From Gelidibacter sp. (GTDB taxonomy: Bacteria > Bacteroidota > Bacteroidia > Flavobacteriales > Flavobacteriaceae): DNA of 64,000 bases. Below the pieces are notes generated by a model, which did not search any database, was not told the DNA's origin, and saw nothing but the letters and a program-made list of their open reading frames with translations. The DNA lies in assembly GCA_010906935.1 (NCBI GenBank), contig JAAFHC010000001.1, positions 3,157-67,156 on the forward strand, written 5' to 3'. Position 1 is the first letter of the stretch. Each line of letters starts with the position of its first letter. The translations under genes were made by a program, and so were the position numbers. Below are positions 39,500-49,975 of this stretch, one piece after another.

Positions 39500-42187
39500 T
39501 TATAATTTAAAACCTATTCTTCCGAAGAAATAAGCACCATCAGAACCCATTTGAACAGAATCCATTAATCCGCCTTGATCAGTCCAGCCATCAAATTGAG
39601 GCGTTGCATATTGGTTAAAAATATTATTTCCGCCAACTGTGAATGTGAAAGATTTGGAAATTTCATAGGAGAAATTTAAATCTACGATCATTTTCTTTTT
39701 ATAAACATCTGTTGCAATTTCATATAAAGCATTAGCTTCCGATTGAGTTGTTGCAGGGGTGTCTACCCATTGAAAATCCTGTAATTTTACTTCACTAAAT
39801 TGTGTTAAGACAACATTCGCATTGAATTTTTTATGGGTATAACCCATGTTTAGTCCAAATTTATAATCAGGAGCTGCAGCTTCAAGATAGGCACGTGAAA
39901 ACGGACTAAAGAAAGTATATTCATTTAGGTTTCCATTGTGAATTTTTTCAATTTTAAGGTCGTTAATATTCCCGGTCAATCCCACAATAAAAGAGTTATC
40001 GCTGTCAATTGATCCACTGTAGGTAAAAACCATATCAAGTCCTTGGGTTTTGGTATCCACACCATTTGCAAAAAATTGTGCAGCTTCAACACCCGGAATT
40101 CCAAGTCCGGAAGCATCAAAATTATCGGTTAATACAATCCTGTCATCCACTTTAATTGAATAAGCATCAACTGTTGCGGTAAATCCGCCTTTTTTATAAG
40201 TAAAACCAATACTGCCGTTCAATGCTTTTTCTTCTGTCAATTGATTAATTCCAAAACCTTTGGTAACGGTACTGTTATTTGCAGAAAGCAATGAGGTTAA
40301 CGATTGTCCGTTTACAATATTTGTGAATATTAAGTTGTAGTACAATTGCGCTAAAGAAGGAGCTCTAAAACCGGTAGATAAGGAACCTCTCAATGATAAG
40401 TTTTCGCCCACTTTAAATCTGCTGGCCAATTTGTAATTAAAAGTACTTCCAAAATCGCTGTAATTTTCATATCGCAAAGCTGTAGCCACAAGGAAATTAT
40501 CGCTTAAATTAAATTCAGCATCCACATAAAGACCTAGATTGCTTCGGCTTCTGTCCACTTCATTATCGGGGCTATACCCTGGAAATCCTTGAGACCCGCC
40601 GGGAAGATCATCTCCATTAGTGTCAAAAGCAACAGTTTGTGTGGCCGGATTTGTTACTGGCAATCCGTCTACATCATATAAAGCATAAGAAGCTTCTTCA
40701 CCTGAAAAAATAATAAAATTTTCTGTTCGGTATTCCATACCAAATGCAAGACTTATTCCGCTTGCGGCTTCCTCAAAATACTTATTGAAATCTACGCCAG
40801 TTGTATTTTGTGACAAACTATGTCCGCCGGCATCAAAATCAGTAGGAGAGGCATCTTTCAAAGAAGCATTATTGGTATTTTTAATAAAATAATGGAAACT
40901 GTTTTTACCAAAAGTGTTGTTAAAATCTACATTCCATCCATTTTCCATTAAATGCCTAACACCTGCAGAAACAGATGCATCTATGATATTTGAAGTAATT
41001 TGCGGCGTAAATCCGTTAGGATATAAACTTGGAACTGAACGGTTGTCACCATCAGCAAAACTGCTTCTTGAAAACGCATTGGCATTGGTATCTCTATAAT
41101 TTTTACCGCCAAAAGCGTAAATTTCCGTATTTTCAGAAACAGGAATCATGGTGTTAATCATAAAATTAAATGCATCTACTGCGGCGCTTCCATAACCTTT
41201 TCTCCAATCAAACCCAGGACGCAATGTTTTTTCTTTCGAAAACAATTCAGTAGTGAAATTCATAAATCCTTTTTCACCAATTTTTACGCCGTAATTCAAA
41301 TCTAATTTTGTGGTTTCGCCATCAAAACGTTTATCTTTTCCATCTAACCTGTTTTTTCCTTCAACGTTGTGTAAAGTTTCACCGGTTGCTTCTTCCCAAC
41401 CTTTGCCAATGGCAGTGCTGTAAGCGCCGTAAGTTAAGCCACCAGTAACGCCATCTGTATTGTCTTTTAACACAATATTGATAACGCCGGCAATGGCATC
41501 GGAACCATATTGCGCTGAAGCGCCATCTCTTAAAACCTCAATTCTTTTTATGGCTGAAACCGGAATTGCATTTAAATCTGTTCCCGAATTTCCCCTACCG
41601 CGCGTACCGAAAATATTGACCAGTGATGACTGATGCCTTCTTTTTCCATTAATTAATACGAGTGTTTGATCTGGACCAAGTCCTCTTAACGAAGCCGGTA
41701 CAATATGGTCGGCACCATCGGAACCTGATTGTTTTGAAGCATTAAATGAAGGGGCCGCGTATTGTAAGATTTGTGTTAAATCAACATTTCCGTTTTTGGA
41801 AGCAAGTTGACTTACATCAATAACATCAACAGGAACCGGTGTGTCCACGGCCGTTCTTTTGGTGCTTCTTGAACCCACAATTTGCACCTCGCTTAATTGT
41901 TCTCCCTTTTCTTCCAAAGAGACATTTAAATTGTTTGAGGCAATCTGAATCTCTTTTGATTGAAACCCAACAAAGCTAAAAACAAGGGTTGCGCCTTTCT
42001 TTGCGGAGATTTTATAATTTCCGTTAAAATCGGTAACAGTGCCATTTGAAGTTCCTTTTTCAATTACACTTGCTCCAGGTAAAGGTTCGCCTGAGACGTT
42101 AGTGACAATTCCTGAAACAAGTTCTTGTGCAACTGCAATATTTGCAAAGAAACAGAGCAATACTAATAAAATGTTTAATTTTTTCAT
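39500..42187 (-). CDS. TonB-dependent outer-membrane receptor with N-terminal carboxypeptidase-regulatory-like domain
   Basis: 895 aa. Signal peptide, the CarboxypepD_reg-like segment GIVTNVSGEPLPGASV...TDFNGNYKI, a plug domain (IEVLRDGASAQYGSDAIAGVINI) and a beta-barrel. Confidence 0.9.
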   Translation of the reverse strand: MKKLNILLVLLCFFANIAVAQELVSGIVTNVSGEPLPGASVIEKGTSNGTVTDFNGNYKISAKKGATLVFSFVGFQSKEIQIASNNLNVSLEEKGEQLSEVQIVGSRSTKRTAVDTPVPVDVIDVSQLASKNGNVDLTQILQYAAPSFNASKQSGSDGADHIVPASLRGLGPDQTLVLINGKRRHQSSLVNIFGTRGRGNSGTDLNAIPVSAIKRIEVLRDGASAQYGSDAIAGVINIVLKDNTDGVTGGLTYGAYSTAIGKGWEEATGETLHNVEGKNRLDGKDKRFDGETTKLDLNYGVKIGEKGFMNFTTELFSKEKTLRPGFDWRKGYGSAAVDAFNFMINTMIPVSENTEIYAFGGKNYRDTNANAFSRSSFADGDNRSVPSLYPNGFTPQITSNIIDASVSAGVRHLMENGWNVDFNNTFGKNSFHYFIKNTNNASLKDASPTDFDAGGHSLSQNTTGVDFNKYFEEAASGISLAFGMEYRTENFIIFSGEEASYALYDVDGLPVTNPATQTVAFDTNGDDLPGGSQGFPGYSPDNEVDRSRSNLGLYVDAEFNLSDNFLVATALRYENYSDFGSTFNYKLASRFKVGENLSLRGSLSTGFRAPSLAQLYYNLIFTNIVNGQSLTSLLSANNSTVTKGFGINQLTEEKALNGSIGFTYKKGGFTATVDAYSIKVDDRIVLTDNFDASGLGIPGVEAAQFFANGVDTKTQGLDMVFTYSGSIDSDNSFIVGLTGNINDLKIEKIHNGNLNEYTFFSPFSRAYLEAAAPDYKFGLNMGYTHKKFNANVVLTQFSEVKLQDFQWVDTPATTQSEANALYEIATDVYKKKMIVDLNFSYEISKSFTFTVGGNNIFNQYATPQFDGWTDQGGLMDSVQMGSDGAYFFGRIGFKL

Positions 42188-42308
42188 TGTTAATTTGGTT
42201 AATGTTGGGTGCTAATATACAATTATTATCAAAAATTGAAAATTTACTAACCTGTTTTTAGTTCAATATATAAACCGAAAAATCTTAAATTTATATCATT
42301 GAAAACAG

Positions 42309-42316
42309 TATATTTG
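42309..42316 (+). promoter_or_regulatory. Candidate -7 promoter box (TAnnTTTG) for ychF
   Basis: tatatttg lies 52 bp upstream of the ATG at 42368 and inside the 23-codon N-terminal extension of the raw ORF, which argues for the shorter start. Confidence 0.45.
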
Positions 42317-42367
42317 CACGCTCATAAAAAAAGCGCTTTTTCAGTAAAAATTAATAAAAATATCAAT

Positions 42368-43462
42368 ATGAAAGCAGGGATAGTAGGATTGCCAAACGTT
42401 GGGAAATCGACCTTATTTAATTGTTTGTCCAATGCAAAAGCACAAAGCGCAAACTTTCCGTTTTGTACCATTGAACCAAATATTGGTGTGGTAAATGTGC
42501 CGGACAGTCGATTAGCAAAACTGGAAGAATTGGTAAAACCTCAGCGTGTACAAACCGCAACAGTTGATATTGTTGATATTGCAGGATTGGTTCGCGGTGC
42601 AAGCAAAGGTGAAGGATTGGGAAATCAATTTTTAGCAAATATTCGTGAAACGGATGCTATAATCCATGTAATTCGTTGTTTCGACAATGACAATATTATT
42701 CATGTTGATACCACTATTGATCCTTTAAGAGATAAAGAAACCATCGATTTTGAGCTTCAGTTAAAAGATTTAGAAACTTTAGATAAAAAACTTGATAAAG
42801 TTAAAAAAGCTGCCAGAACAGGAAATAAAGAAGCTCAAAAAGAATTGGATGCTTTAGAAAAGGTTAAAAAAGGATTGGAATCGGCTAAATTAGTACGCAC
42901 TATCGATTTAACCGAAAAAGAACGTGAAGAATATATAAAACCATTGCAATTTATAACTGACAAACCAGTATTGTATGTTTGCAATGTTGATGAAAATTCA
43001 GCCGTTAACGGAAATGAGTATGTAAATATCATAAAAGAAGCTGTAAAAGAAGAAAATGCAGAGGTGATCGTTTTAGCCGTTGGAACAGAAGCTGATATTA
43101 CGGAATTGGAAACTTTTGAAGAACGTCAGCTTTTTTTGGAAGATTTGGGGTTAAAAGAACCGGGCGCTTCAGTTTTAATTAGAGCAGCTTACAAACTTTT
43201 AAAACTTCAAACCTATTTTACTGCTGGCGTTAAAGAAGTGCGCGCATGGACAATCAATATTGGCGATAGCGCCCCCCAATCTGCTGGTGTAATTCATACT
43301 GATTTTGAAAAAGGATTTATTAGGGCAGAAGTTATTGCATATGAAGATTTTGTGAAATACGGAAGCGAAGCCAAGGTAAAAGAGGCCGGGAAAATGCGTG
43401 TTGAAGGTAAAGAATATATTGTGCAAGACGGTGATATTATGCATTTTAGGTTTAATGTGTAA
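42368..43462 (+). CDS. ychF: Redox-regulated ribosome-binding ATPase YchF
   Basis: 364 aa from MKAGIVGLPNVGKSTLFN. TGS domain at the C-terminus (YIVQDGDIMHFRFNV). Confidence 0.94.
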   Translation: MKAGIVGLPNVGKSTLFNCLSNAKAQSANFPFCTIEPNIGVVNVPDSRLAKLEELVKPQRVQTATVDIVDIAGLVRGASKGEGLGNQFLANIRETDAIIHVIRCFDNDNIIHVDTTIDPLRDKETIDFELQLKDLETLDKKLDKVKKAARTGNKEAQKELDALEKVKKGLESAKLVRTIDLTEKEREEYIKPLQFITDKPVLYVCNVDENSAVNGNEYVNIIKEAVKEENAEVIVLAVGTEADITELETFEERQLFLEDLGLKEPGASVLIRAAYKLLKLQTYFTAGVKEVRAWTINIGDSAPQSAGVIHTDFEKGFIRAEVIAYEDFVKYGSEAKVKEAGKMRVEGKEYIVQDGDIMHFRFNV

Positions 43463-43495
43463 TTGAGTATTGAGCGTTGAGTGTTGAGGAGTTTG
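43463..43495. repeat. Short tandem array of 8-nt TTGAGYRT words
   Basis: ttgagtat tgagcgt tgagtgt tgaggagt immediately after the ychF stop. Confidence 0.7.
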
Positions 43496-43663
43496 AATAT
43501 TTTTTTTACGATTTTAATTTTTCAGTTTTCAAAAATCAATTTTCCCTCTGGGATTAGGGGACTTTTTTAACTTTATTGTGTTAATAATTATTTTGACATA
43601 CTTTTTTTTATTTCTTAAAGCAAAATAGTACTTTAGCCACGCTTCAAGAACCATACAGAATAA

Positions 43664-45523
43664 ATGACAGATCAAACAGCATATACCGAGGACAATATTC
43701 GATCACTTGATTGGAAAGAACATATTCGTCTTCGTCCAGGAATGTATATCGGAAAGTTAGGCGATGGCTCATCACCCGATGACGGAATTTATATTCTTAT
43801 CAAGGAAGTTATAGATAATTCCATTGATGAGTATGTGATGGGCGCCGGCAAAACGATTGAAGTTTTGGTGAAAGAAGATACGGTGACCATTCGAGATTAC
43901 GGACGTGGTATTCCATTAGGAAAAGTCGTAGATGTGGTTTCTAAAATGAATACCGGAGGAAAATATGACTCTCTTGCGTTTAAAAAATCGGTAGGCTTAA
44001 ATGGTGTAGGAACCAAGGCTGTAAACGCATTATCCTCGTATTTTAGAGTGCAATCTTTTAGAGACGGAAAAACGGTGTTTGCCGAATTTGAAAAAGGAAA
44101 TATCACCCATGTTGAAAAACCTGAAGAAACCGCGCATCGCAAAGGAACCAAAGTGACCTTTGTTCCGGATAAAAGCATTTTTACAAAATTCAAGTACAGA
44201 AACGAGTATATTGAAAAAATGATTAAAAATTATGTGTACCTAAACACAGGTTTAACCATCATTTTTAACGGAGAAAAGTATTTTTCAGAAAACGGATTAA
44301 AAGATTTGCTGGAAGAGAATATTGCCGAAGACGCCATGTTGTTTCCTATAATTCATTTAAAAGGAAATGATATTGAAGTCGCAATTACTTACAGCAAAGC
44401 GCAATATAGTGAAGAATACCACACTTTTGTAAACGGACAACATACAACACAAGGCGGAACCCATCAAAATGCATTTAGAGAAGCCGTAGTAAAAACCATA
44501 CGTGAGTTTTTTGGTAAAAATTACGAATCTGCCGACATACGAAAATCCATTGTTTCGGCCATTAGCATAAAAGTAATGGAGCCTATTTTTGAAAGCCAGA
44601 CCAAAACCAAACTGGGTTCTACGGAAATGGGAGACGGATTACCTTCGGTGCGGACGTTTATTACCGATTTTGTGAAGACGAATTTGGACAATTACCTTCA
44701 TAAAAATCCGATTGCTGCAGAAAGAATTCAGAAAAAAATATTACAGGCCGAAAAAGAACGTAACGACTTATCTGGTATTCGTAAATTGGCCCGTGAACGT
44801 GCAAAAACAGCTGGATTACACAATAAAAAATTACGCGATTGCAGGGTTCATTTAAACGATTTAAAGAAAGAAAATCGGTTGGAAAGCACCTTATTTATTA
44901 CCGAAGGGGATTCTGCCAGCGGTTCCATTACCAAATCGAGGAACGTAAATACCCAAGCCGTATTCAGTTTACGCGGAAAGCCGTTGAATTCATACGGAAT
45001 GAATAAAAAAATTGTGTATGAAAATGAAGAATTTAACTTATTGCAGGCGGCTCTTAATATTGAAGAATCCATAGAAGAGTTAAGGTATAATAATATTGTG
45101 ATTGCAACCGATGCCGATGTGGACGGAATGCATATTCGATTGCTGTTAATCACTTTCTTTTTGCAATTTTTCCCTGAATTGATCAAAGAAGGTCATTTAT
45201 ATATTTTAGATACGCCGCTGTTTAGGGTGAGGGATAAAAAACAAACTTTTTATTGCTATTCTCCTGAAGAAAAACAACAAGCTATTGATACGTTAAAAGG
45301 AAAACCGGAGATTACGCGATTTAAAGGATTGGGTGAAATTTCACCCGATGAATTTGCCAATTTTATTGGAGATAGCATTCGTTTGGATCCCGTTATGCTT
45401 GATAAAGAAATGTCTATTGATAAAATGCTGGAATTTTATATGGGAAAAAACACACCCGATCGTCAAAAGTTTATCATAGAAAATTTAAAATTTGAATTGG
45501 ATATTATAGAAGAAAATTTTTGA
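43664..45523 (+). CDS. parE: Type IIA topoisomerase subunit B (topoisomerase IV ParE type)
   Basis: 619 aa. GHKL ATPase ([15 protein letters not shown]), Toprim ([18 protein letters not shown]). Shorter than GyrB and followed by the A subunit. Confidence 0.88.
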   Translation: MTDQTAYTEDNIRSLDWKEHIRLRPGMYIGKLGDGSSPDDGIYILIKEVIDNSIDEYVMGAGKTIEVLVKEDTVTIRDYGRGIPLGKVVDVVSKMNTGGKYDSLAFKKSVGLNGVGTKAVNALSSYFRVQSFRDGKTVFAEFEKGNITHVEKPEETAHRKGTKVTFVPDKSIFTKFKYRNEYIEKMIKNYVYLNTGLTIIFNGEKYFSENGLKDLLEENIAEDAMLFPIIHLKGNDIEVAITYSKAQYSEEYHTFVNGQHTTQGGTHQNAFREAVVKTIREFFGKNYESADIRKSIVSAISIKVMEPIFESQTKTKLGSTEMGDGLPSVRTFITDFVKTNLDNYLHKNPIAAERIQKKILQAEKERNDLSGIRKLARERAKTAGLHNKKLRDCRVHLNDLKKENRLESTLFITEGDSASGSITKSRNVNTQAVFSLRGKPLNSYGMNKKIVYENEEFNLLQAALNIEESIEELRYNNIVIATDADVDGMHIRLLLITFFLQFFPELIKEGHLYILDTPLFRVRDKKQTFYCYSPEEKQQAIDTLKGKPEITRFKGLGEISPDEFANFIGDSIRLDPVMLDKEMSIDKMLEFYMGKNTPDRQKFIIENLKFELDIIEENF

Positions 45524-45682
45524 CTTACGATTTTAAATAAACGATATTAGATATACGATATACAATATTAAATATACGATATTAAATATAAAATTTAAGG
45601 CTAATATATTTATAAGATTTTTAAACTTTTAATATTTAATATCTAACTTTTAATATCTAAAAAATTAACTTTTAATATTTTT
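45524..45682. repeat. AT-rich word-repeat array filling the parE-parC spacer
   Basis: acgatattagatatacgatatacaatattaaatatacgatattaaatat, then ttaaacttttaatatttaatatctaacttttaatatctaaaaaattaacttttaatatt. The second part is the near-exact reverse complement of 48368-48402. Confidence 0.8.
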
Positions 45683-45706
45683 TTGAAAGATTTTGGATTA
45701 AACACT

Positions 45707-48346
45707 ATGGAAGAAGACAACAACGAAAACGAACATTTAGAAGAACACTTAAACGAGGATTTCGGCAACCAGGAAACCATTACCAAGGTTACGGGAATGT
45801 ACAAAGACTGGTTTTTGGACTACGCTTCTTATGTTATTTTGGAGCGTGCGGTTCCTGGCTTAAAAGATGGTTTTAAACCGGTGCAACGCAGAATCATGCA
45901 TTCTATGAAGGATTTGGATGATGGTCGCTACAATAAAGTTGCTAACGTTGTTGGCCATACCATGCAATACCATCCGCACGGCGACGCTTCAATTTCCGAT
46001 GCTTTGGTTCAATTGGGACAAAAAGAATTGCTGATTGATATGCAGGGAAACTGGGGAAATATTTTAACCGGTGACCGCGCTGCCGCAGCGCGTTATATTG
46101 AAGCCCGATTGTCGAAATTTGCTTTGGAGGTGGTTTTTAATCCGAAAACTACAGATTGGCAATCTTCCTATGATGGCAGGAAAAAAGAACCAATAGATTT
46201 ACCTGTTAAGTTTCCGTTGTTATTGGCACAAGGTGCTGAAGGAATTGCAGTTGGACTTTCAACAAAAATTTTGCCGCACAATTTTAATGAATTGATTGAT
46301 GCTTCCATAAAACATTTAAAAGAGAAACCTTTTACGCTGATTCCAGATTTTTTAACAGGAGGAATTGCAGATGTTTCCGGATATCACGACGGAAAAAGAG
46401 GCGGGAAGATTAGGGTTAGGGCAAAGATTGGCCAACTCGATAAAAAAACATTGGTGATTACTGAAATTCCTTTCGGAACAACAACATCTACTTTAATTGA
46501 TTCCATTTTAAAAGCAAATGAAAAAGGAACCATAAAAATCAGACAAATAGAAGACAATACTGCAGCCAATGTTGAGATTTTGGTGCATTTGCCTAACGGC
46601 ATTTCACCTGACAAAACCATAGATGCATTATATGCTTTCACCAGTTGCGAAAATCCGATTTCACCTTTGTGTTGTGTGATCGACGACAATAAACCGGTTT
46701 TTATAGGCGTTTCAGAAATTTTAATTCGATCAACAAACCATACTGTTGAATTGCTAAAGCTCGAGCTTGAAATTCAATTAAATGAGTTGGATGAGCAATG
46801 GCATTTCGCTTCTTTGGAACGTATTTTTATTGAAAATAGAATTTACCGAGACATTGAGGATCAGGGTACTTGGGAAGGTGTAATTAAAGCAATTGATGAG
46901 GGTTTAAAACCACATATAAAACATTTAAAACGACCGATTACCGAGGAAGATATTGTGCGTTTGACAGAAATTCGCATCAAGAAAATATCAAAATTTGATA
47001 TCGACAAAGCCAAACAGTTTATAGAAAGTTTGGAAGAAAAAATTGAGGAAGTAAAAAAACATTTGGCAAACATTATTGAATTTGCCATTGACTATTTTAA
47101 AAACCTAAAACTAAAATACGGAAAAGGTAAAGAGCGTTTGACAGAAATTCGTTTGTTTGATGATATTATCGCCACCAAAGTGGTGATGCGAAACACAAAA
47201 CTCTATGTAAATAAAGAAGAAGGTTTTGTGGGTACTTCCCTTAAAAAAGACGAATATGTTGATGATTGTGCCGATATTGATGATGTCATTGTTTTTAGAG
47301 GAGACGGGGCGATGTTGGTTACAAAAGTTGATGCAAAAACCTTTGTAGGAAAAGACATTATTCACGTGGCCGTATTTAAAAAGAACGATATACGCACCGT
47401 TTACAACATGATTTACAGAGACGGGAAAAACGGTCCGAGTTATATAAAACGATTTAATGTTACCGGAATTACACGCGATAAAGAATATGATTTAACAGCA
47501 GGAAATAAAGGATCACAAGTGGTTTATTTTACTGAAAATCCGAATGGGGAAGCTGAAACAATCACCATTAATTTGCGTGCTGCAGGAAGTGTAAAAAAAC
47601 TGAAATGGGATATTGATTTTTCAGTTTTGGCCATCAAAGGGCGAAGTTCCAGGGGAAACATTGTTTCAAAACACACCATCAAAAAAATTGAATTAAAATC
47701 GGAAGGTGTTTCAACATTGAAACCTCGGAAAATTTGGTTTGATGAAACCGTACAACGTTTAAATGCCGATAAAAGAGGAGAATTGCTGGGTGAATTTAAA
47801 CCGGAAGACCGCTTACTGATTATCAACCAGAAAGGAATTATTAAAACCATTAAACCAGAACTTACCACGCATTTTGACAGTGATATGATTGTGCTGGAAA
47901 AATGGATTCCGGAAAAACCAATTTCTGTTATTTATTATGATGGCGACAAGGAAAAATACTTCGTAAAACGATTTATGATCGACAATCCGAATAAGGAAGA
48001 ACTTTTTATTTCTGAACATCCAAAATCGCAATTGGAAATTGTTGCCACAGATTTTAGACCAATGGCCGAAATATTGTTTTCAAAACGAAATTTGGAGCTT
48101 ATCTCCTTAAATTTTGAAGAATTCATTGCAATCAAAGGAATAAAAGCACAAGGAAATCAACTAACCGCCGATAAAATTAAACAGGTGAATATGCTGGAGC
48201 CTTTGCCTTATGAACCGCCAGTTATAGCAGATGTGGAAGTTAATGATGAAGAAATTATTGACAATAATATCGATTCTTCTGAGGTTGATCCCGATTCTGA
48301 AAATGACAATCTATCCGATGAGGCTGGGCAAATTAAGTTGTTTTAA
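45707..48346 (+). CDS. parC: Type IIA topoisomerase subunit A (topoisomerase IV ParC type) with acidic C-terminal tail
   Basis: DGFKPVQRRI, HPHGD and AARYIEARL (catalytic Tyr context). The ORF opens at a TTG at 45683, but the ATG at 45707 is the likelier start. Confidence 0.88.
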   Translation: MEEDNNENEHLEEHLNEDFGNQETITKVTGMYKDWFLDYASYVILERAVPGLKDGFKPVQRRIMHSMKDLDDGRYNKVANVVGHTMQYHPHGDASISDALVQLGQKELLIDMQGNWGNILTGDRAAAARYIEARLSKFALEVVFNPKTTDWQSSYDGRKKEPIDLPVKFPLLLAQGAEGIAVGLSTKILPHNFNELIDASIKHLKEKPFTLIPDFLTGGIADVSGYHDGKRGGKIRVRAKIGQLDKKTLVITEIPFGTTTSTLIDSILKANEKGTIKIRQIEDNTAANVEILVHLPNGISPDKTIDALYAFTSCENPISPLCCVIDDNKPVFIGVSEILIRSTNHTVELLKLELEIQLNELDEQWHFASLERIFIENRIYRDIEDQGTWEGVIKAIDEGLKPHIKHLKRPITEEDIVRLTEIRIKKISKFDIDKAKQFIESLEEKIEEVKKHLANIIEFAIDYFKNLKLKYGKGKERLTEIRLFDDIIATKVVMRNTKLYVNKEEGFVGTSLKKDEYVDDCADIDDVIVFRGDGAMLVTKVDAKTFVGKDIIHVAVFKKNDIRTVYNMIYRDGKNGPSYIKRFNVTGITRDKEYDLTAGNKGSQVVYFTENPNGEAETITINLRAAGSVKKLKWDIDFSVLAIKGRSSRGNIVSKHTIKKIELKSEGVSTLKPRKIWFDETVQRLNADKRGELLGEFKPEDRLLIINQKGIIKTIKPELTTHFDSDMIVLEKWIPEKPISVIYYDGDKEKYFVKRFMIDNPNKEELFISEHPKSQLEIVATDFRPMAEILFSKRNLELISLNFEEFIAIKGIKAQGNQLTADKIKQVNMLEPLPYEPPVIADVEVNDEEIIDNNIDSSEVDPDSENDNLSDEAGQIKLF

Positions 48347-48367
48347 AGCACTGCTGTGTTGGGCATT

Positions 48368-48477
48368 GAAAAGTTAAATATTAAATATTAAAAGTTTAAA
48401 GGCTAAAGTAAAATGTTTAGTCAACAATCAATTCTCAACACCAACAACTTTTAAACTTTTAACATTCAAACTTTTTT
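48368..48477. repeat. AT-rich word repeats arranged as an imperfect inverted pair between the convergent parC and substrate-binding-protein genes
   Basis: Left arm gaaaagttaaatattaaatattaaaagtttaaagg (48368-48402). Right arm caacttttaaacttttaacattcaaactttttt (48445-48477). Confidence 0.75.
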
Positions 48478-48487
48478 ATCTATAAAC

Positions 48488-49618
48488 TTATTTCAATCTT
48501 TCGTAAAAAGTAAATTCATAGTCGGTTAATAGTTCAGGATGCGCGATTTTAATTAAATCTTTTAAAACCAAATCGGGTCGGGCAGGAGCGAGTTCAAAAT
48601 ACATAATACCACCTTTTTCACCTTGTTTATTCACATAGGTAAATATGTTACTGCTTTGAAAAGCAATGAATTTTGAGTATATAACATTTGCATTATTAAG
48701 CTGTTCCAAGGTTTTATAATAACTTGGAGAAATCCACAATTCGGCATCTTTTCCTTTTTCGAACACATTTTCAATATTTAAGGATAGGCTTCCTTTTCCC
48801 TTAGAATCCTTCCATAGGTAATTTGTGTTAGCATCCTTCAAAAAAGTGGCTTCAAAACTATCACCGGCAGGTAAATTCCAAACATCTTTAAAAAGTCCGC
48901 CCGAAAGTACTGTTGGATTTTCAGTTGCTTTTGAGGCAATATTTTTTGCATCCAAATAATTTTTTTCAATTTCATTAAAAATACTGTCAGCCATTTTTTC
49001 TTTATCAAACAACACCCCAAAAAACTTAATCCATTCTGCACGGCCAAGCGGTGTTTCTTCCATCCAATCGCCATTCAACAGCACCGGAATTCCAAATTTT
49101 TCAATCACAGAAAACATTTTATTGTTGCTGTTCAGCGAAAAACCAACTACCAAATCGGGTTTTAAATCGAGCAACAATTCCGTATTGATGCTTTCTTCGT
49201 GACCAAGTTCCTTAATAAAACCTTTGGCAATTAAATTTCTCGTTTTTGTTGATGAAACATAATCGGTGTTTGGAAAACCGACCAATTTATTTTCAACTTG
49301 CAGCAATTCGAGCATTGGAATGTGTGTGGTGCTGGTGACCACAATGGAATTTATGGGAATTTGTATGGTATTTAAATCGGTGTTTGATTTATTGTGTGTA
49401 AGAAAAAACTCAAAAATCTCTGTTGAATTTTGATAAGGTGCTTTTACGGTAAGTTTTATGTAATTTTTAAAATGCTGAATGTCAAATCCTTTCGCATATT
49501 TAATGGTGCTTTCGGTATTTATTTTTCTTTCTGATTCAACATTTTTCTGATCATTTTTACAGGAAAACAAAAGTAATGGGAATGTAAATGCGAAAATTAT
49601 GGAGATGGACAACTTCAT
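48488..49618 (-). CDS. ABC transporter periplasmic substrate-binding lipoprotein, class III (BtuF/iron-chelate type)
   Basis: 376 aa. Lipobox LLFSC. Peripla_BP_2-like core (IVVTSTTHIPMLELL...LKPDLVVGF...PLGRAEWIKFFG). Divergent from the B12-riboswitch-controlled receptor. Confidence 0.8.
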   Translation of the reverse strand: MKLSISIIFAFTFPLLLFSCKNDQKNVESERKINTESTIKYAKGFDIQHFKNYIKLTVKAPYQNSTEIFEFFLTHNKSNTDLNTIQIPINSIVVTSTTHIPMLELLQVENKLVGFPNTDYVSSTKTRNLIAKGFIKELGHEESINTELLLDLKPDLVVGFSLNSNNKMFSVIEKFGIPVLLNGDWMEETPLGRAEWIKFFGVLFDKEKMADSIFNEIEKNYLDAKNIASKATENPTVLSGGLFKDVWNLPAGDSFEATFLKDANTNYLWKDSKGKGSLSLNIENVFEKGKDAELWISPSYYKTLEQLNNANVIYSKFIAFQSSNIFTYVNKQGEKGGIMYFELAPARPDLVLKDLIKIAHPELLTDYEFTFYERLK

Positions 49619-49694
49619 TAAAATAAATTTTCACAAATGTAATATTTTCAAAATTTAATCGTGTAAGTTGGGTTGAATTAATTACTTTTGCATC

Positions 49695-49880
49695 AGATTA
49701 TGGTTCTTATTTATACTTCTGTATAACTAAGTGAAAAGGGAATTCGGTTTAAATCCGGAGCTGTTCCCGCAACTGTAAGCTTAGCCAAGAAATTGGTGGT
49801 TGTTATTAGCTTTAAGCCACTGTTCGTTCAGGACGGGAAGGTAAATAACAATACGCAAGCCAGGAGACCTGCCAAAATCT
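49695..49880 (+). promoter_or_regulatory. Cobalamin (B12) riboswitch
   Basis: Conserved core elements read directly: GGTTC, AAAAGGGAA, CGGTTTAAATCCGGAG, CTGTTCCCGCAACTGTAA, AGCCACTG, GGGAAGG and the B12 box AGCCAGGAGACCTGCC. Lies ~100 nt upstream of a TonB-dependent receptor. Confidence 0.92.
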
Positions 49881-49975
49881 GTATAGTTCAAACTTTCGGG
49901 AGAATTGTTTGAGTATGGTTATTTCTGTACTTGAAAACTTACCTGATTTATTTATTAATTTATTAAATCATAAAA

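Noticed and set aside
42299-42367. 23-codon N-terminal extension of ychF in the raw ORF
   Set aside because: The canonical YchF N-terminus (MKAGIVGLPNVGKST) begins at the ATG at 42368, and a perfect TAnnTTTG -7 box lies inside the extension. The extension is therefore probably untranslated leader or promoter.
48838-49074. 78-aa ORF overlapping the substrate-binding protein gene in another frame; likewise 51992-52306 overlapping the LysE gene, and the many 60-110 aa ORFs antisense to valS, parC, dnaE2 and the ABC exporter
   Set aside because: All are nested within longer ORFs that carry clear family motifs. No independent evidence supports them.
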